Assembly (NCBI GenBank): GCA_021613535.1
Contig: CP075494.1
Location: 62,001 to 126,000 of the forward strand
Direction: 5' to 3'
DNA: 64,000 nucleotides
Source: Adineta vaga
Lineage: Eukaryota; Animalia; Rotifera
Below the pieces are notes generated by a model. That model worked only from the letters and a program-made list of their open reading frames with translations. It was not told where the DNA came from and searched no databases. Made by a program: the position numbers and the translations under genes. Positions within the stretch are counted from its first letter, which is position 1; every line of letters starts with the position of its first letter. Shown here piece by piece: positions 1-11,936 of the stretch.

Positions 1-19
1 AGAAATAAGAAAAGATTCA

Positions 20-1304
20 TCAATACATACACTCAACATTGTTGTTGGTTCTTGCTTTGAGATTAGATACATTCCAAAGACGGATTGGAACTTGTTTCAT
101 CCACCAATCGTCGAAGTACTCAAAAAGGGGTTCGAGTTTAGCCGGTATTTTTTCATTGAGCTCGTCGAAAGCCGATTGAACGTGTTGTTCAGGAAGTAAT
201 GGTAATGCCATTAGATGTCGACATAAAGAACGAATTTCATCATTACTGTTGTATAATGTCCCCAAACCGAGTGACTGAATTCGACGGTATAAACACTGTG
301 AATAGTGAAAATAACATCCAGAATGTTGCGCGGCCGGAAACTAAAAATAGTAAAGATATACCAAGATCAAATGGGTACAAAAAGAAACACATACATGTGA
401 TGCAATCACCTTGATAAGAGCCTTTTCGTAATCGCTCATGATGTGTTTAGGTTGAAACGTGAGATTAAGTCGACGAGCAGCTTCGTCCAGAAGATTAAAT
501 ACATATTTGTATACTGGAGCACTTCGACCGGGTAATAAACCAATAACACATGGAAAATCTAAGAAAATCCGTTGTTAATAACATTGGATTTTGGAAAATA
601 GAAATGTATCTTACTGTAGCCATACTTGATACAGTGAATAGAAAACACTTGATCAAAATGAGGCACACATGCCGAAAACGTTCCATCAACCATGATATGT
701 GTTGCTGCAAATAACATACGTAGTTGTTCATCACTGGCGAACAAGATCACCCTCTTTTTGCGAATAAGTGTATCGCTAAAGAGAAATGAAACACCATCAA
801 TTGTCGATGAATACGCATCGGGAACATCGAAAAAACCAGATTTCGGTAATGGTGGTGTCGTTTTTCGTCGAAGACGATTAAGAGCTGATTCTGAAATACA
901 AACAGATATATAAGAATTGAGGAAGATATAAATACTTACTTGCTTCATTAGCTAAAGGAGCCAAACCAAGAGCAGCTTCGCTGAGATTACCAGCAGCTAG
1001 TTCATTGTCGTAAATTTTTCCAATAGCAGTCATTTCGTTCACGACTCGATTTTTAACTTTTTCCTTGAAGGTGACAACTTCAATACTTTCAGGTACCGGC
1101 AAATGAGAATCATGATTTCCTGATTTTCCAATACATTGATCGTGATGGTCGGTGTGCATGTAAGCCGAACACATTCGATTCTTGCAACGCCAGTATTTTA
1201 CTTTTGGTCGAGTTCGATTTAATTGATAGATATATCCATCACAAATCAAGATTGGTTTGCCCCTTGTTACTGATTGAAAAAGTGAGAGTGGATGTGGTCG
1301 ACAT
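20..1304 (-). CDS. FLYWCH-MULE transposase, spliced, continues off window; +1 frameshift at ~1260
   Basis: ATG 1304; FLYWCH (GYIY...KYWRC...C...H); DGTF, IMSDYE, GCYFH and TNNNVE motifs; introns ~891-939, ~559-614, ~341-395. Confidence 0.85.
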
Positions 1305-1554
1305 GGTGGACGTGTAAAAGTAATAAATTTACCAGTGAATGAAATAGAATGATATGTCGGACTTATTTATAGGGCGAACGTACAAAAGACTTGTTAAAGA
1401 AGAGAAACGATTTCTTCAGTCAGAAAGAAACATAGTATTCGTTTCTATATCTAGGGTCACATGTACAAAACAGACTAAAAGAAACGCGAAGAATGTTTGC
1501 AATAAAAGCTTAAAACACTCTCCACTTTTATAGTCTCTTTCGATAATTATATAA

Positions 1555-1750
1555 TACGACATTTGTACTTGTCGACGATCCTTGCTGTCGACATTTGTAC
1601 TTGTCGACGATCCTTGCTGTCGACATTTGTACTTGTCGACATTATGCTTGTCGACGTTTTATTGTCGACATTATGCCTGTCGACATTTTTACTGTCGACA
1701 TTATGCCTGTCGACATTTTTACTGTCGACGTTTTTCTGTCGACATTTTAC
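1555..1750. repeat. Subterminal tandem repeats of the MULE (~15-nt units with GTCGAC core)
   Basis: About 13 GTCGAC palindromes in acatttgtacttgtcgac-like units. Confidence 0.9.
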
Positions 1751-3315
1751 CACTAAATCAGATTATCTGGATGATTTCAAAGTGATTTCGACAGTTGAAA
1801 TCCCATTGTTTCCCCTTGCATACGGGTCATGGTTTTTCGAATTTAAAAAACAGATTTTCTTTTAAATTCAGTAAATCGCTTTTTTATGAGTGGGCATTTG
1901 GGACATCTATTTTAGAATCGAAGAAAAAGATTTTTTTTCGTTTTAGTTTCAAGATCGATTTTTCACCAGCGGTACATACGTGACATTTAGCGATTGGATG
2001 TTTTTTGTGGACAATAACGAATAGTTTACATTAAATTATTTTCTTATTAAAGATATACAAGTTTTGAATGATCTATTCAGATGTACTAGATAGATATTTT
2101 GTTTTTCTGCTAAAGTTATATCGTGAAGGTTGCCGACGGTATGAATCGATTATTCATTAAATTTCTCTTCGGTGTATGTTCAAAGACTCTAGAAACTGAA
2201 ACTAGTTTAATAAGAACTATTCGTACAAATGTGAACCATAAAATAATCAATGGACGCATAAACATATAAAACCGTTCGTTAGTCGCATACAAAAAAACAG
2301 ATTGAAACCATAGTATTGATTTCATGCAGTGTGTACCAGCACATGTCGAGTATGATCGAGATTTGACTTCCTTAAACTCAATTCTAACCAATTCTAAAGG
2401 TCTAATTTAAGATATTTCTTCGTACGATCACTTTGACGGAGCTTTCGGTATTCCGTTACATATATACTGTTACCCCGCCGCACCCTCCGCACACCCTCAA
2501 GTTGCTGCTGCCCCACCGCACACCCTCAACTAGCTATTACTCCGCCGCACCCTACGAATAGTTTCAATTGTAATTTGTTTTTTTCAATTGAATCTAAACT
2601 TCAAGCTCGACATGTATGAATTCATCCAAGCATATCAATAGAGTATTGGATATTTCCAACGTTCAAATGAGAGTACATAGCTTTCCGCATAGTTTCTAAT
2701 TTCCTTTTCTTTTTAGACAACGTTATACTTTAGAATTGGTTCCCGAGGAACCAGTAATTGAGCTCTTCAAAAAAGACCGTTCCATGATTTCATATTCGTT
2801 TCAAATCTTTACCTTAAGACAATTTTTCATTTCAACGATTGGTCGTTCCCTAGTCTTTCTCCGGTCGACCACTCATGGGTAGCCGTCAACATATTTTACA
2901 TCGCTATGCCGCTTACTCTCAGTCCCGCTTTGTATCAAATGAATACATTGTGTTTTGATCTCTCTCGAAAAAATAACAAGCATCCATTCATATGAATATT
3001 GAAAAAATATAACAAGTAGAATTTGATAGCTAATAGCGGTGTAAACAAGAAATCGTACGTGACCAGGCGCTGCCTACTATAAAAAACTTATTCTCAATAG
3101 TTGAATTTTTTTATCCTTAATCGAACTTCTTAATTTTCGTTCCCTTAAAGATAAAGATGAAATAATATATAAGTTATTTTATTAATGAAGTACACGACAG
3201 AAACAAGGAAAACAAATAATAAAAGCCGACAGCTATTTCAATATTATTCGGCGGTTCTTATGTTGAATAGCAAACGCACCAATCGTCTTTTAATAATCAA
3301 TGCAAAAGTCTATCT

Positions 3316-3699
3316 CAACCAAAGCAGACAAAAATTGAATAAAGGCATTTAAGCGCTCCATCGTCAACCGTGAGTGTGATCCGTACGTGTTGAAAAAATA
3401 AATGCCGTTTTCTGCGTTTTCTAGCTCGTAAATTCTACTTTTTGCATGAGAAAACAGCAAAAACTTCAATTTTTGAATGTAAAAGGTTCTTGCTTTTAGA
3501 CGACAAAAAAATACGGAGATAAAAGCACATTTCAGCCTTCAAAAACTAAAGTTTTTGCTGTTTCCACGTGGAAAAATAGAATTTATAGGCTGAAAGATGC
3601 AGAAAACGACGTTCATTTTCTGAGCCTATACAGATCACACTCACAGTTCCCGATTGAGCGTTTAAACGTATTTTTTTCAATTCTTATCTGCTTCGGTTG
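3316..3699. mobile_element. Decayed fold-back MITE
   Basis: Whole segment is an imperfect palindrome (tgagtgtgatc/gatcacactca; cagcaaaaac/gtttttgctg). Confidence 0.7.
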
Positions 3700-4276
3700 C
3701 TGTTTACTTATATAGTATGATGTTTTGCTCTGTACTATTCGAGTAATCATTGACTTCCCCGCGGCTAAAGAAGTGTTGCATTCTTTCTTTTTTTGTAGCT
3801 TCTGAGCTAAACATAGATTGAATAGTTACTCATTTGGGCTTTGTCGGACTTTTCGCCATTCCGAAACCAGATAAAGTTGTTTTTCATTCGCTATCTATAC
3901 AATAATTAATGGTTTTTCTTTTTATCCAATATATAGACAGAAATGAAAAGTGAACAGCAATTGATATTTCTTTGTTATCAGCGTGTGGAGACTTTACCAC
4001 TCAGGTACCACTATCTATTTTTCAGAGCTTTTGTATATAAAAGAAATGTCTTAACAAATTTACTAAATTTTCACTTTTTCCGGTGACCAGGCGACGCCTG
4101 GCCTAGCCCATCCCTGATTACGCCAATAATAGCTAGTTACAAATGATTATATTATATTGTGTTCTAGCAAAGATTTTCGTTTATTTGGTGCTATTACATG
4201 TTTGATTCGATGACAAATCAATAATAGGATTTTAGCCAACTACTTCCTTCTTTTTCACTTTTTTCTGTTTTTATTC

Positions 4277-4358
4277 TGGGTGAGGGTTTGGGTGTGGGTG
4301 GGTGTCTCTGTTACTCACGAACGCACTCACACCTACACCCACACCCACACCCACATCC
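4277..4358. repeat. Head-to-head telomeric repeats (TGTGGG)n-spacer-(CCCACA)n
   Basis: gggtgagggtttgggtgtgggtggg ... cacacctacacccacacccacacccaca. Confidence 0.85.
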
Positions 4359-4379
4359 TTAACCTCAAGCCACAACCAT

Positions 4380-4460
4380 CCCATGTTTTTCATTGCGATT
4401 AAAATGCGGCGTAGTTACGCACAACCGCGCCGCATTTTAAGCGCAATGGAAAACATGGGT
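4380..4460. repeat. ~80-bp hairpin/mini-MITE
   Basis: cccatgtttttcattgcgattaaaatgcggcg / cgccgcattttaagcgcaatggaaaacatggg. Confidence 0.75.
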
Positions 4461-5406
4461 TATAGGAAACTACGATTCTTCGTATATTATTGATTGAGCG
4501 ATGCTATTATCAAACAAGAAAAAATCTGACTAAAAATATTTGCCAAACTAACCCTAGATTAAGGCTTCTTTTGACTATAGTGACTTTTAGTCAAATTGTA
4601 TTACGAATCATTTATTCATGATAAAATATCTTTCTTAATTCCAAACTCAAATGAAATAAATATGGAAAAACTAACACCAGATTCCGGCGCCTCAAACTCG
4701 ATTACCTTTGGTTAAAAGTATTCAGACAAATTCAGGTAGGTTCTTCTAGGTTTATCTCGTGCTGTTTTCTGACTGGCCTAGAGTGACAAACGTTTTTGAA
4801 GTACACATTTGAAGTCGTGGATTAAAGGCTGTATAACCCTTTCTTTTAGAAAAGAGAATATATTTACCAATGGATTTGGATACATTATTTATGCTGAATA
4901 GATCAAACCAAAGAAAAATTCATACTCTGTACATTTCTTGTTTTAAACTAATAAAATATATTTGGATCAAATATCCACCATCACAAAAGTATGGTAAGTC
5001 AATATCTTTCTTTTTATTTCAAATATTCTCTGATAAAATTCGAGATTCTTCTAATTTATTTTTTCAAGAAATATTTATCAATTTGACTGCAATAACATAA
5101 CATAAAAGGAATTATATGAAAGATTTTAATCAAATTTAAGCATATTTTAATCATATGTAGCGATCATTTTTCATCTTTTTTGGAAATTTTCGATCATTTA
5201 TTCGATCATCTTCAACCTTTTTTAACACAACCTATGCAACATGACCATGAAACCAAAAACAAAAATAATAAATAAAAATATATAAATAATATAATAATCA
5301 TATAAGAACACAACATAATCATATCACAACATAACAGATGATAAACAATTTGAACAAAAATCTCAAATTAATTGTTTCTGACAAAATTAACATGAAAGAT
5401 TGTTTA

Positions 5407-7474
5407 TTAACTTTCTATTTTATTATAATAAGATAACATCAAAGGTTGATTATTTATTTGATATTTATAAGCATTGTTCATAACTTCATCAACTTGTTCA
5501 GTATTGGTAAAAGATAAAAATGCATATCTAAATCCGAAAAAATGAAAATTAAAATTTGATAATTAAAATATCCAAATATAAAAAATTACCCAAATAAAAT
5601 TTTATGATCTGTATTTGATTTTTGAACAATTCTTGCTGGAATATATTTAATTTGATTAGAATTAAAAAATAATTTTTTCAAATCATTTTCAGTAACATTT
5701 TCAGGTATTTGTTTAACAACAATATTCCAATTTTCATTAAATTCATTTTCATTTGATAGTTCAGAAAGATTTTTAACAAATTCTATTTGACAATTTGATC
5801 CAAAACGTGAAGAATTAATTGCTCGTTTTCGATTATATTCAGCTTGAAGATTTGTACGATGAAATATAAATGCATAATTAAGATGTGGTGGTAATTGACT
5901 TTGTTTGAAAATAATTTTTGTTGAACCAATAAAATAAGATCGAAGATGATTTTTTCTTATTTGTTTATTTAAATTTGATACATATAAGACTTTCTTTATA
6001 TCAATTTCACATTGATCATTTTTTTTTCTTAGTATAAATTCATTATGATTTGTTACTCTCTATTTATTAATTATATTTTAAATATAAAAGAATAATTAAG
6101 TTAAATAAACTTACTGATAATTTATTATTTTTTAAATAAATTTCTTTATTTATTGATTGATCATTTAATGATGATGGTGGTGGTGTATCAATCATATTTA
6201 ATATTTGTTCATAATTTGAAGATTCAGTTTGATTATTATCCATAAAAATATCATTTACAAAATCTTTTGATGAAAATAATTCATTAAAATCTGTTTCATT
6301 ATCAAATTGTGAATATTTCATTGATTCATCAGAAATATTCATTAAAAAATCTTCTCTAAAAAAATCATTTTATTTATTTATTATTATTAATCAATTTTTT
6401 AAATAAAACTTACTCATTTATATTATTAAGAAATAATATATCTTTATCTAAATAAATAAGTTTTAATAAATATTTTTTTTATAAAAATAGAAAAATACTT
6501 TGATCAGAATTAATTTGAAGATAATTTTCAATATATTTTTCAATATTTTCATTATTATATAAATTGAAATCAATTGATTGATTTTTATTTATATTTGAAG
6601 ATATTTTACAATGACATAAAGATGAATTTTTATTAAATTGATCATAAAAATAAGATGGTAAAGCAAAATGAATTGATTCAGATAAAATTTCATTTTGAGT
6701 AAAACTTTGTGAAAGAATTCCTGATGATAAAATAAGAATTTCATTTGGATATTGAAGAACTTTTTTATATTTAATATTATATTTATTAAATAACAATGGA
6801 TCAATTAAAATTTCATCATGTTCAACACATATTGATGGATTTGTTTCTTTAAATAAAATTTCAAATTTCTTTCTTTCTTCCAATGGAATAATATACCAAT
6901 AACGAATTCCACCTTCATGATGATAATTTAATTGATAAAGATTTTGTTTATTTGAAGATAAAGGAAATATAGCAGCAGGTCCATATGCTTTAATTAATGT
7001 TGATGAATATTGTTTACAAAATTTTTTACCAGATAATTTTAATAATGATTTTGATGGTAATTGATGAAAATCAAATTGATTACGATGAACACGTTTTAAA
7101 AATAATGTTTTATTATTAATTTGAGATATACTTGATAGATTTTGTGTATTTAATCCATTTGGTAATAATAACCAAAATATTTGATCATTTATTAAAATAT
7201 TTTCCTCTATTTTTTCATTTTCAGCCAGTGGAATTGTTTTTATTGAATAAATTAAATTCTCATTATCAATTTGTTTAACTTGTTGAATTGTTGAACATAA
7301 TGGAATATTTATTGGTGTTTTTTTTAATATTTTTTTAAAATTTGATGTTGGAATTAATTTAATTGCACCATTTTCTTTTAATAATAATTCATTTTTATAA
7401 ACATATTTTAATAAATCTTTCATTTCATTATCATTTATTGATATTATTGGAATATCAGTAGATTCTAATGACAT
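5407..7474 (-). CDS. JmjN/JmjC-like (KDM4/5-type, degenerate active site) protein with two C-terminal RRMs; 5 coding exons
   Basis: GAIKLIP, LNYHHEGGIRYWYIIP and LQYPNEILIL motifs; exons ~7474-6499, 6447-6414, 6355-6115, 6059-5589, 5527-5407; RRM motifs VLYVSNL..NYAFIF and IVVKQIP..GYAFLSF. Confidence 0.75.
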
Positions 7475-9039
7475 TTTGTTGTATATTCTAAATTAATAAA
7501 TAGATAAATGATGTTTTTCATACCTTTTTATTATCAATAATCAAATGTACGCCGTATATAAATCTACTTTTTTGTTCTTTTTATATATTTCAGGTAAATC
7601 AATATAGATTGAAGGTCATATGACATTTTTATTAGAATTATATCGATTATTTTAGTTTAAATTGATTTTTTTAGCAGAAAAAATAAGTTTTTCAATCTCT
7701 AAGATAAAATAATAAATAGAATATTTTATTTATATATAAATCGAAGATAATATGAATATTCAAGATCATATCATAAACAGATCTTCTATCGAATTGTTTT
7801 TTTTTCTTCTATTAAAAAATTAATTTAATAATAAAAGAATATAGAATTAATTAAATAGATATCGTTTTCGTTATTTAAAATTTTGGTTTTTTTCTTCTTC
7901 GTTGTAAAATAATTCTTCTTTGTATACTATCATTTAATTATTCATCAGCTTAGTTTTGTTTATTTATCTAATAACATTAAAAGATAATTTCGTTTTTTAT
8001 CTCCAACAACAAAATATGATAAATTTTGCTGTCAAATATATCTTTGATCATCGAAACAAATCTCATATAATCTGATCAAAAAAAAAGAATGATAGAGAAA
8101 AATATTTTTATCTCGTTTATATTATTGATTTGATTTTATCTACCTTGAATCAAAAAGCACTAATGGCATGTTGTTATTCATCTAATTTATCAAATATAAA
8201 AAACGACAAAGATATTTTTTCCTTTTTAATGAAAAAAAAATTCATTTTTATTATACTTTAAATGTAAATCAATGATCAAAATTATTTCATGAATAAAAAA
8301 AATTCTTGAAATAGATTTGAATTTATTTATTTTAAAAACAACATGAAAAAAGGGAAGAATTGAATTAAATGACTTATATAAAATTCTTTTTAATCTTAAA
8401 TCAACAAAATTTAAATTAAATCGATTTAATAAAATAAAGATTAAATTTATTAAAACAAATAGTTTATTTAAAATAATTAGAATTAAAATTAAATGAAAAT
8501 TAATTTTTTAAAATTTTATCTAAGAAAATATCTAATTTAAAAAAAAAGTAAATCTTAAATATCTATCAATCGTTATTATTAATCTATTTAATGGATTATT
8601 TTCAAGAATATTCACAAATATTATCATGTAATACATTAATTTATGCTATTTTGATCATTTTTATTTTCTTTTTTAATTAAATAAATTTATTTTTCTTTCT
8701 TATTTGTTTCTTTAAAATCTTTATTTATTCAAAGATATTAAATGAATATTTTAACTGATGAAGAATATTATTCATACACTGTTTTAAAAATTTATGCTCT
8801 ATTCAATCCCCAAACAAGGTTTCTTGATTACGAAAATATCTTCAAACATGTTTAACGTTTGAAACATGCAATAAAAAATTTCACGAAATCATCAAAGAAT
8901 TGTTCGATGTACAGAGGTAAAGAATCATCTCGTATGAAATCTTTTTTAAGTTGAAAATATCAGAAAAATACGAAACTAGAGATGCATTATGTATATTTAT
9001 ACAATTGTTGACAATTAGAACATCGCAGTATCTTCTTCG

Positions 9040-11296
9040 TTATAAATATAATGGAGAAAATAATTCGATGATGCACATTTTTGGACACTGTTTATGACGC
9101 AATGGAACGATGTCTTGGCATACAATAACAAAAATTCGTCCTTCAATAACAAAAGCACTACGAGTCATGCTGAAACACAAGCATTATCTTCAAAATCGTT
9201 ATAGGCATACCAGATCAGAGGAAGATAGACAAAGTCTCCGTTCATGGCACAAATTAGTACAACATGAATTCAACCAACACAAAGTAAACAGGTGGAACAA
9301 TTTTATTGACAATGTGGCTTCTCCACAGCTAACAACGTTTTGGAAAACAATTAGAATTCTTAATAAAAAACGATCTGTAGAATTTTCTGCAATAACAGAA
9401 AATAATCAAATACACAGAACACCTGTTCAAATATTATCATGCTTAACACAGCATTTCAAAGTCAGATTTCAAGCACCCTCAATAGATTTAACAGTAAAAA
9501 CTGATAAAGAAGCACATGATCTATGGGAATTACTAGATCAAGCACTACCTGAAGACATTCAACTAATTAGTCAACAATCGGATCTTATATTTACAACAAG
9601 GAAAGTATGGGAAGTATTGAAATCACTTAAAGCAAAGAACTCATCTAGTTTCGACAATATTTCTAATAAAATGATTAAAAATATACCTGAAGTATATGCC
9701 CAAATCCTTACAGAACATTATAATGCTTTATTTGCTGACTTATTCTGGCATAAACAGTGGAAGCAATCAAGAACAATCTGTTTCAATAAAGTAGAAAGTG
9801 CTGCACCAACAACACAACAACTTAGACCAATTTCTCTGTTACCAGTACTTGGAAAAGTATACGAACGACTTTTTCTTATACGCTTCAAAAAATGGCTATT
9901 TAAATATGGCATACTTCCTTGGCAACAATCTGGAGCTCAATCCAATCAATGTACTACTTCACGACTTAATCATATGCTTGAACAAGCATTCGCGTCACTA
10001 TTGAGTAACACTTTCACACCAATACTTTTTGTCGACTTCCTGCAAGCTTTTGATCTTTTGTGGCAAGAGGGACTACTCTTGAAACTAAAACGATTAAACT
10101 GTCCATTCTCCTATCTTATATGGATAAAAAATTATTTTACAGATCGATCAATGTTTATAGACTTAAATGGTCAAATATCAGAAGAAATTTCAGTAAAAAG
10201 AGGTGCACCACAAGGAAGTGTATTTGGTGCTATCGCATACATCGTTGCACATCATGATTTGCAGCAAGTGTTTCGAAACCCCGAAAACAATCACCTTTAT
10301 GTTGATGATCTAGGGAGTGTTTATATACCTAGTTTATACGAAGAATACAAAGATCAATTAACCGATATTCAAATAAGGATCAACACAGATTTAATTAAAT
10401 TACACGATTATGCAATTGAATGGCATCAGCCTGTCAACAGTAAAAAGACTGAATACGTAGTGTTTGATCGTGTAATAAAATCTCCTAAATTTAAAATCTT
10501 TTACAATGGAAATCAATTAGAACAAAAGAAAAATTTTAAATACTTGGGATATAGATTAGATTCAAAGTTATCTTTTAACTGTGTAGTAGCTGATCATTTA
10601 CAAAAATGCCGGCAAACGTATACAATTTTAAAATATATACATAATCGATTTCCTGCCTTCTACAAACTTAAACTACGGTTTTTTAATACATATGTCTGGC
10701 CACATCTTCATGCAATGTCTTCAATTTATTGTCTTCTATCAAATACTCAAAGAAATAAAATCGATGGTTTTTATCGAAGATGTCTACGAATTATATATCA
10801 TCTATTTCAATGCTCAACAAACGATCTACACGAAGTCTTTCGACTGCCAACGTTAGAAGAAAAATATAGAAAAACCTTAACCAAACGACTAAGTAATATT
10901 GAACGATATGAACAAGAACTAATTCAATGTTATTTAATGCACAAAAACATAATAAATACAACACGTCATCACTATCGTGAAAAGGCAATTATACAAGCAA
11001 TGCCAAGAGGCCGACCTAGCACGCGCATGTTAAATTTCTACAACAGATCCACAACATACTTCGACAAACTCATCAATTTCTGTTACATACATCATATTAC
11101 AGAAGAACCGTAACAAGAGGAAAAATAAACAAAATTAATTAACAATCAAACCTTTTAAATTAATACTTAATCTATACTTTTCTTTATTGTAATTTTCGTG
11201 CATGTAACTGTTCAAAATAGTATTTAACGTTCTTTCATAGTGGTCAGGACCAATATGGTCAAACCACTCAAATAAAGCAATTTATATATATATATT
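9040..11296 (+). mobile_element. 5'-truncated non-LTR retrotransposon (APE-type LINE); 5' end approximate
   Basis: RT ORF, 3' UTR stem-loop 11240-11267, AATAAA, then (TA)n tail. Confidence 0.85.
9110..11113 (+). CDS. LINE ORF2 reverse transcriptase, endonuclease domain missing
   Basis: RPISLL, FVDFLQAFD, GAPQGS, YVDD and KYLG motifs. Confidence 0.9.
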   Translation: MSWHTITKIRPSITKALRVMLKHKHYLQNRYRHTRSEEDRQSLRSWHKLVQHEFNQHKVNRWNNFIDNVASPQLTTFWKTIRILNKKRSVEFSAITENNQIHRTPVQILSCLTQHFKVRFQAPSIDLTVKTDKEAHDLWELLDQALPEDIQLISQQSDLIFTTRKVWEVLKSLKAKNSSSFDNISNKMIKNIPEVYAQILTEHYNALFADLFWHKQWKQSRTICFNKVESAAPTTQQLRPISLLPVLGKVYERLFLIRFKKWLFKYGILPWQQSGAQSNQCTTSRLNHMLEQAFASLLSNTFTPILFVDFLQAFDLLWQEGLLLKLKRLNCPFSYLIWIKNYFTDRSMFIDLNGQISEEISVKRGAPQGSVFGAIAYIVAHHDLQQVFRNPENNHLYVDDLGSVYIPSLYEEYKDQLTDIQIRINTDLIKLHDYAIEWHQPVNSKKTEYVVFDRVIKSPKFKIFYNGNQLEQKKNFKYLGYRLDSKLSFNCVVADHLQKCRQTYTILKYIHNRFPAFYKLKLRFFNTYVWPHLHAMSSIYCLLSNTQRNKIDGFYRRCLRIIYHLFQCSTNDLHEVFRLPTLEEKYRKTLTKRLSNIERYEQELIQCYLMHKNIINTTRHHYREKAIIQAMPRGRPSTRMLNFYNRSTTYFDKLINFCYIHHITEEP

Positions 11297-11372
11297 ATCA
11301 AATGAAAAAGTATTAGTTACTGGTGGACAGAATAGTAGTAGTATTTCTCTCAATAGTGCTGAATTCTATTGA
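11297..11372 (+). pseudogene. Orphan last Kelch-repeat fragment
   Basis: SNEKVLVTGGQNSSSISLNSAEFY* directly after the LINE tail; no upstream repeats on the other side of the LINE. Confidence 0.6.
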
Positions 11373-11749
11373 TTAATAAAAATAAGAAAAAAAGCTCGAA
11401 TTTTTATTTCTTTCTTTTCAACTTAACTAAATTTTCTTAATAAAATAAAACCATTTTGAAATGAAATAAGATATTTTAAAAAAAGAAAGAAACGAATGAA
11501 TATTGCTCTTGTAATTTATGAAAATCGAATAAAAATTTAAAAAAATTTCTCTATGAAAAAAGAATTGATTATTTAATTAGAAAATTGAAATATGAAGTTT
11601 TTTTTTAATCAAAATTCTTTGAAAAAAAAGGTAAAATTTTGTTAAATTGATTTTCATCTAAAATAAATTTGGTTATTATGACAGAAAAATGTGATTGTAT
11701 TAATGATATTTAGTTATATTTACATTGATAAAAGGATTTAGATTTTGTC

Positions 11750-11936
11750 TGATAGCGTTTGTGTAAATCACACAACGCTAAACTAGAGACAAAGATGGTC
11801 CTTCTAGTCTAATTGGCTTAGGACATATGTGTGGATAGTAGAAGATGTGGGTTCGGATCCCACGAAGGTCATTTTTTCTCCTTCTTTCATTCTCTTTCGC
11901 TGATGTCCCTCTCGTTGCTCTAATGTGAAGCTAACA
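11750..11936 (+). mobile_element. tRNA-carrying TG...CA element, copy 1 (solo-LTR/TRIM-like or Ginger-like MITE)
   Basis: Ends TGATAGC...GCTAACA; 5-bp TSD TTGTC; homologous to 45341-45534. Confidence 0.8.
11798..11871 (+). ncRNA. tRNA-like Pol III unit with degenerate anticodon arm
   Basis: Acceptor stem gtccttc/gaaggtc, A box tagtctaattgg, T arm gtggg-ttcggat-cccac, followed by TTTTTT. Confidence 0.65.

Larger units (their letters stand above)
1..1759 (-). mobile_element. MULE/Mutator DNA transposon, left part outside window
   Basis: Transposase gene plus a terminal array of GTCGAC-containing repeats ending at ...cactaaatc (1759). Confidence 0.8.

Noticed and set aside
1547-1865. Repetitive ORFs and CRISPR-like appearance of the GTCGAC array
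   Set aside because: No unique spacers; these are transposon subterminal repeats and the ORFs are by-products
2465-2555. GC-rich imperfect repeats (ccgcacaccctc)
   Set aside because: Probably a transposon end, but no partner TIR or TSD found
11798-11871. Functional tRNA gene
   Set aside because: Anticodon arm is mispaired and differs between the two copies; it lies inside a mobile element
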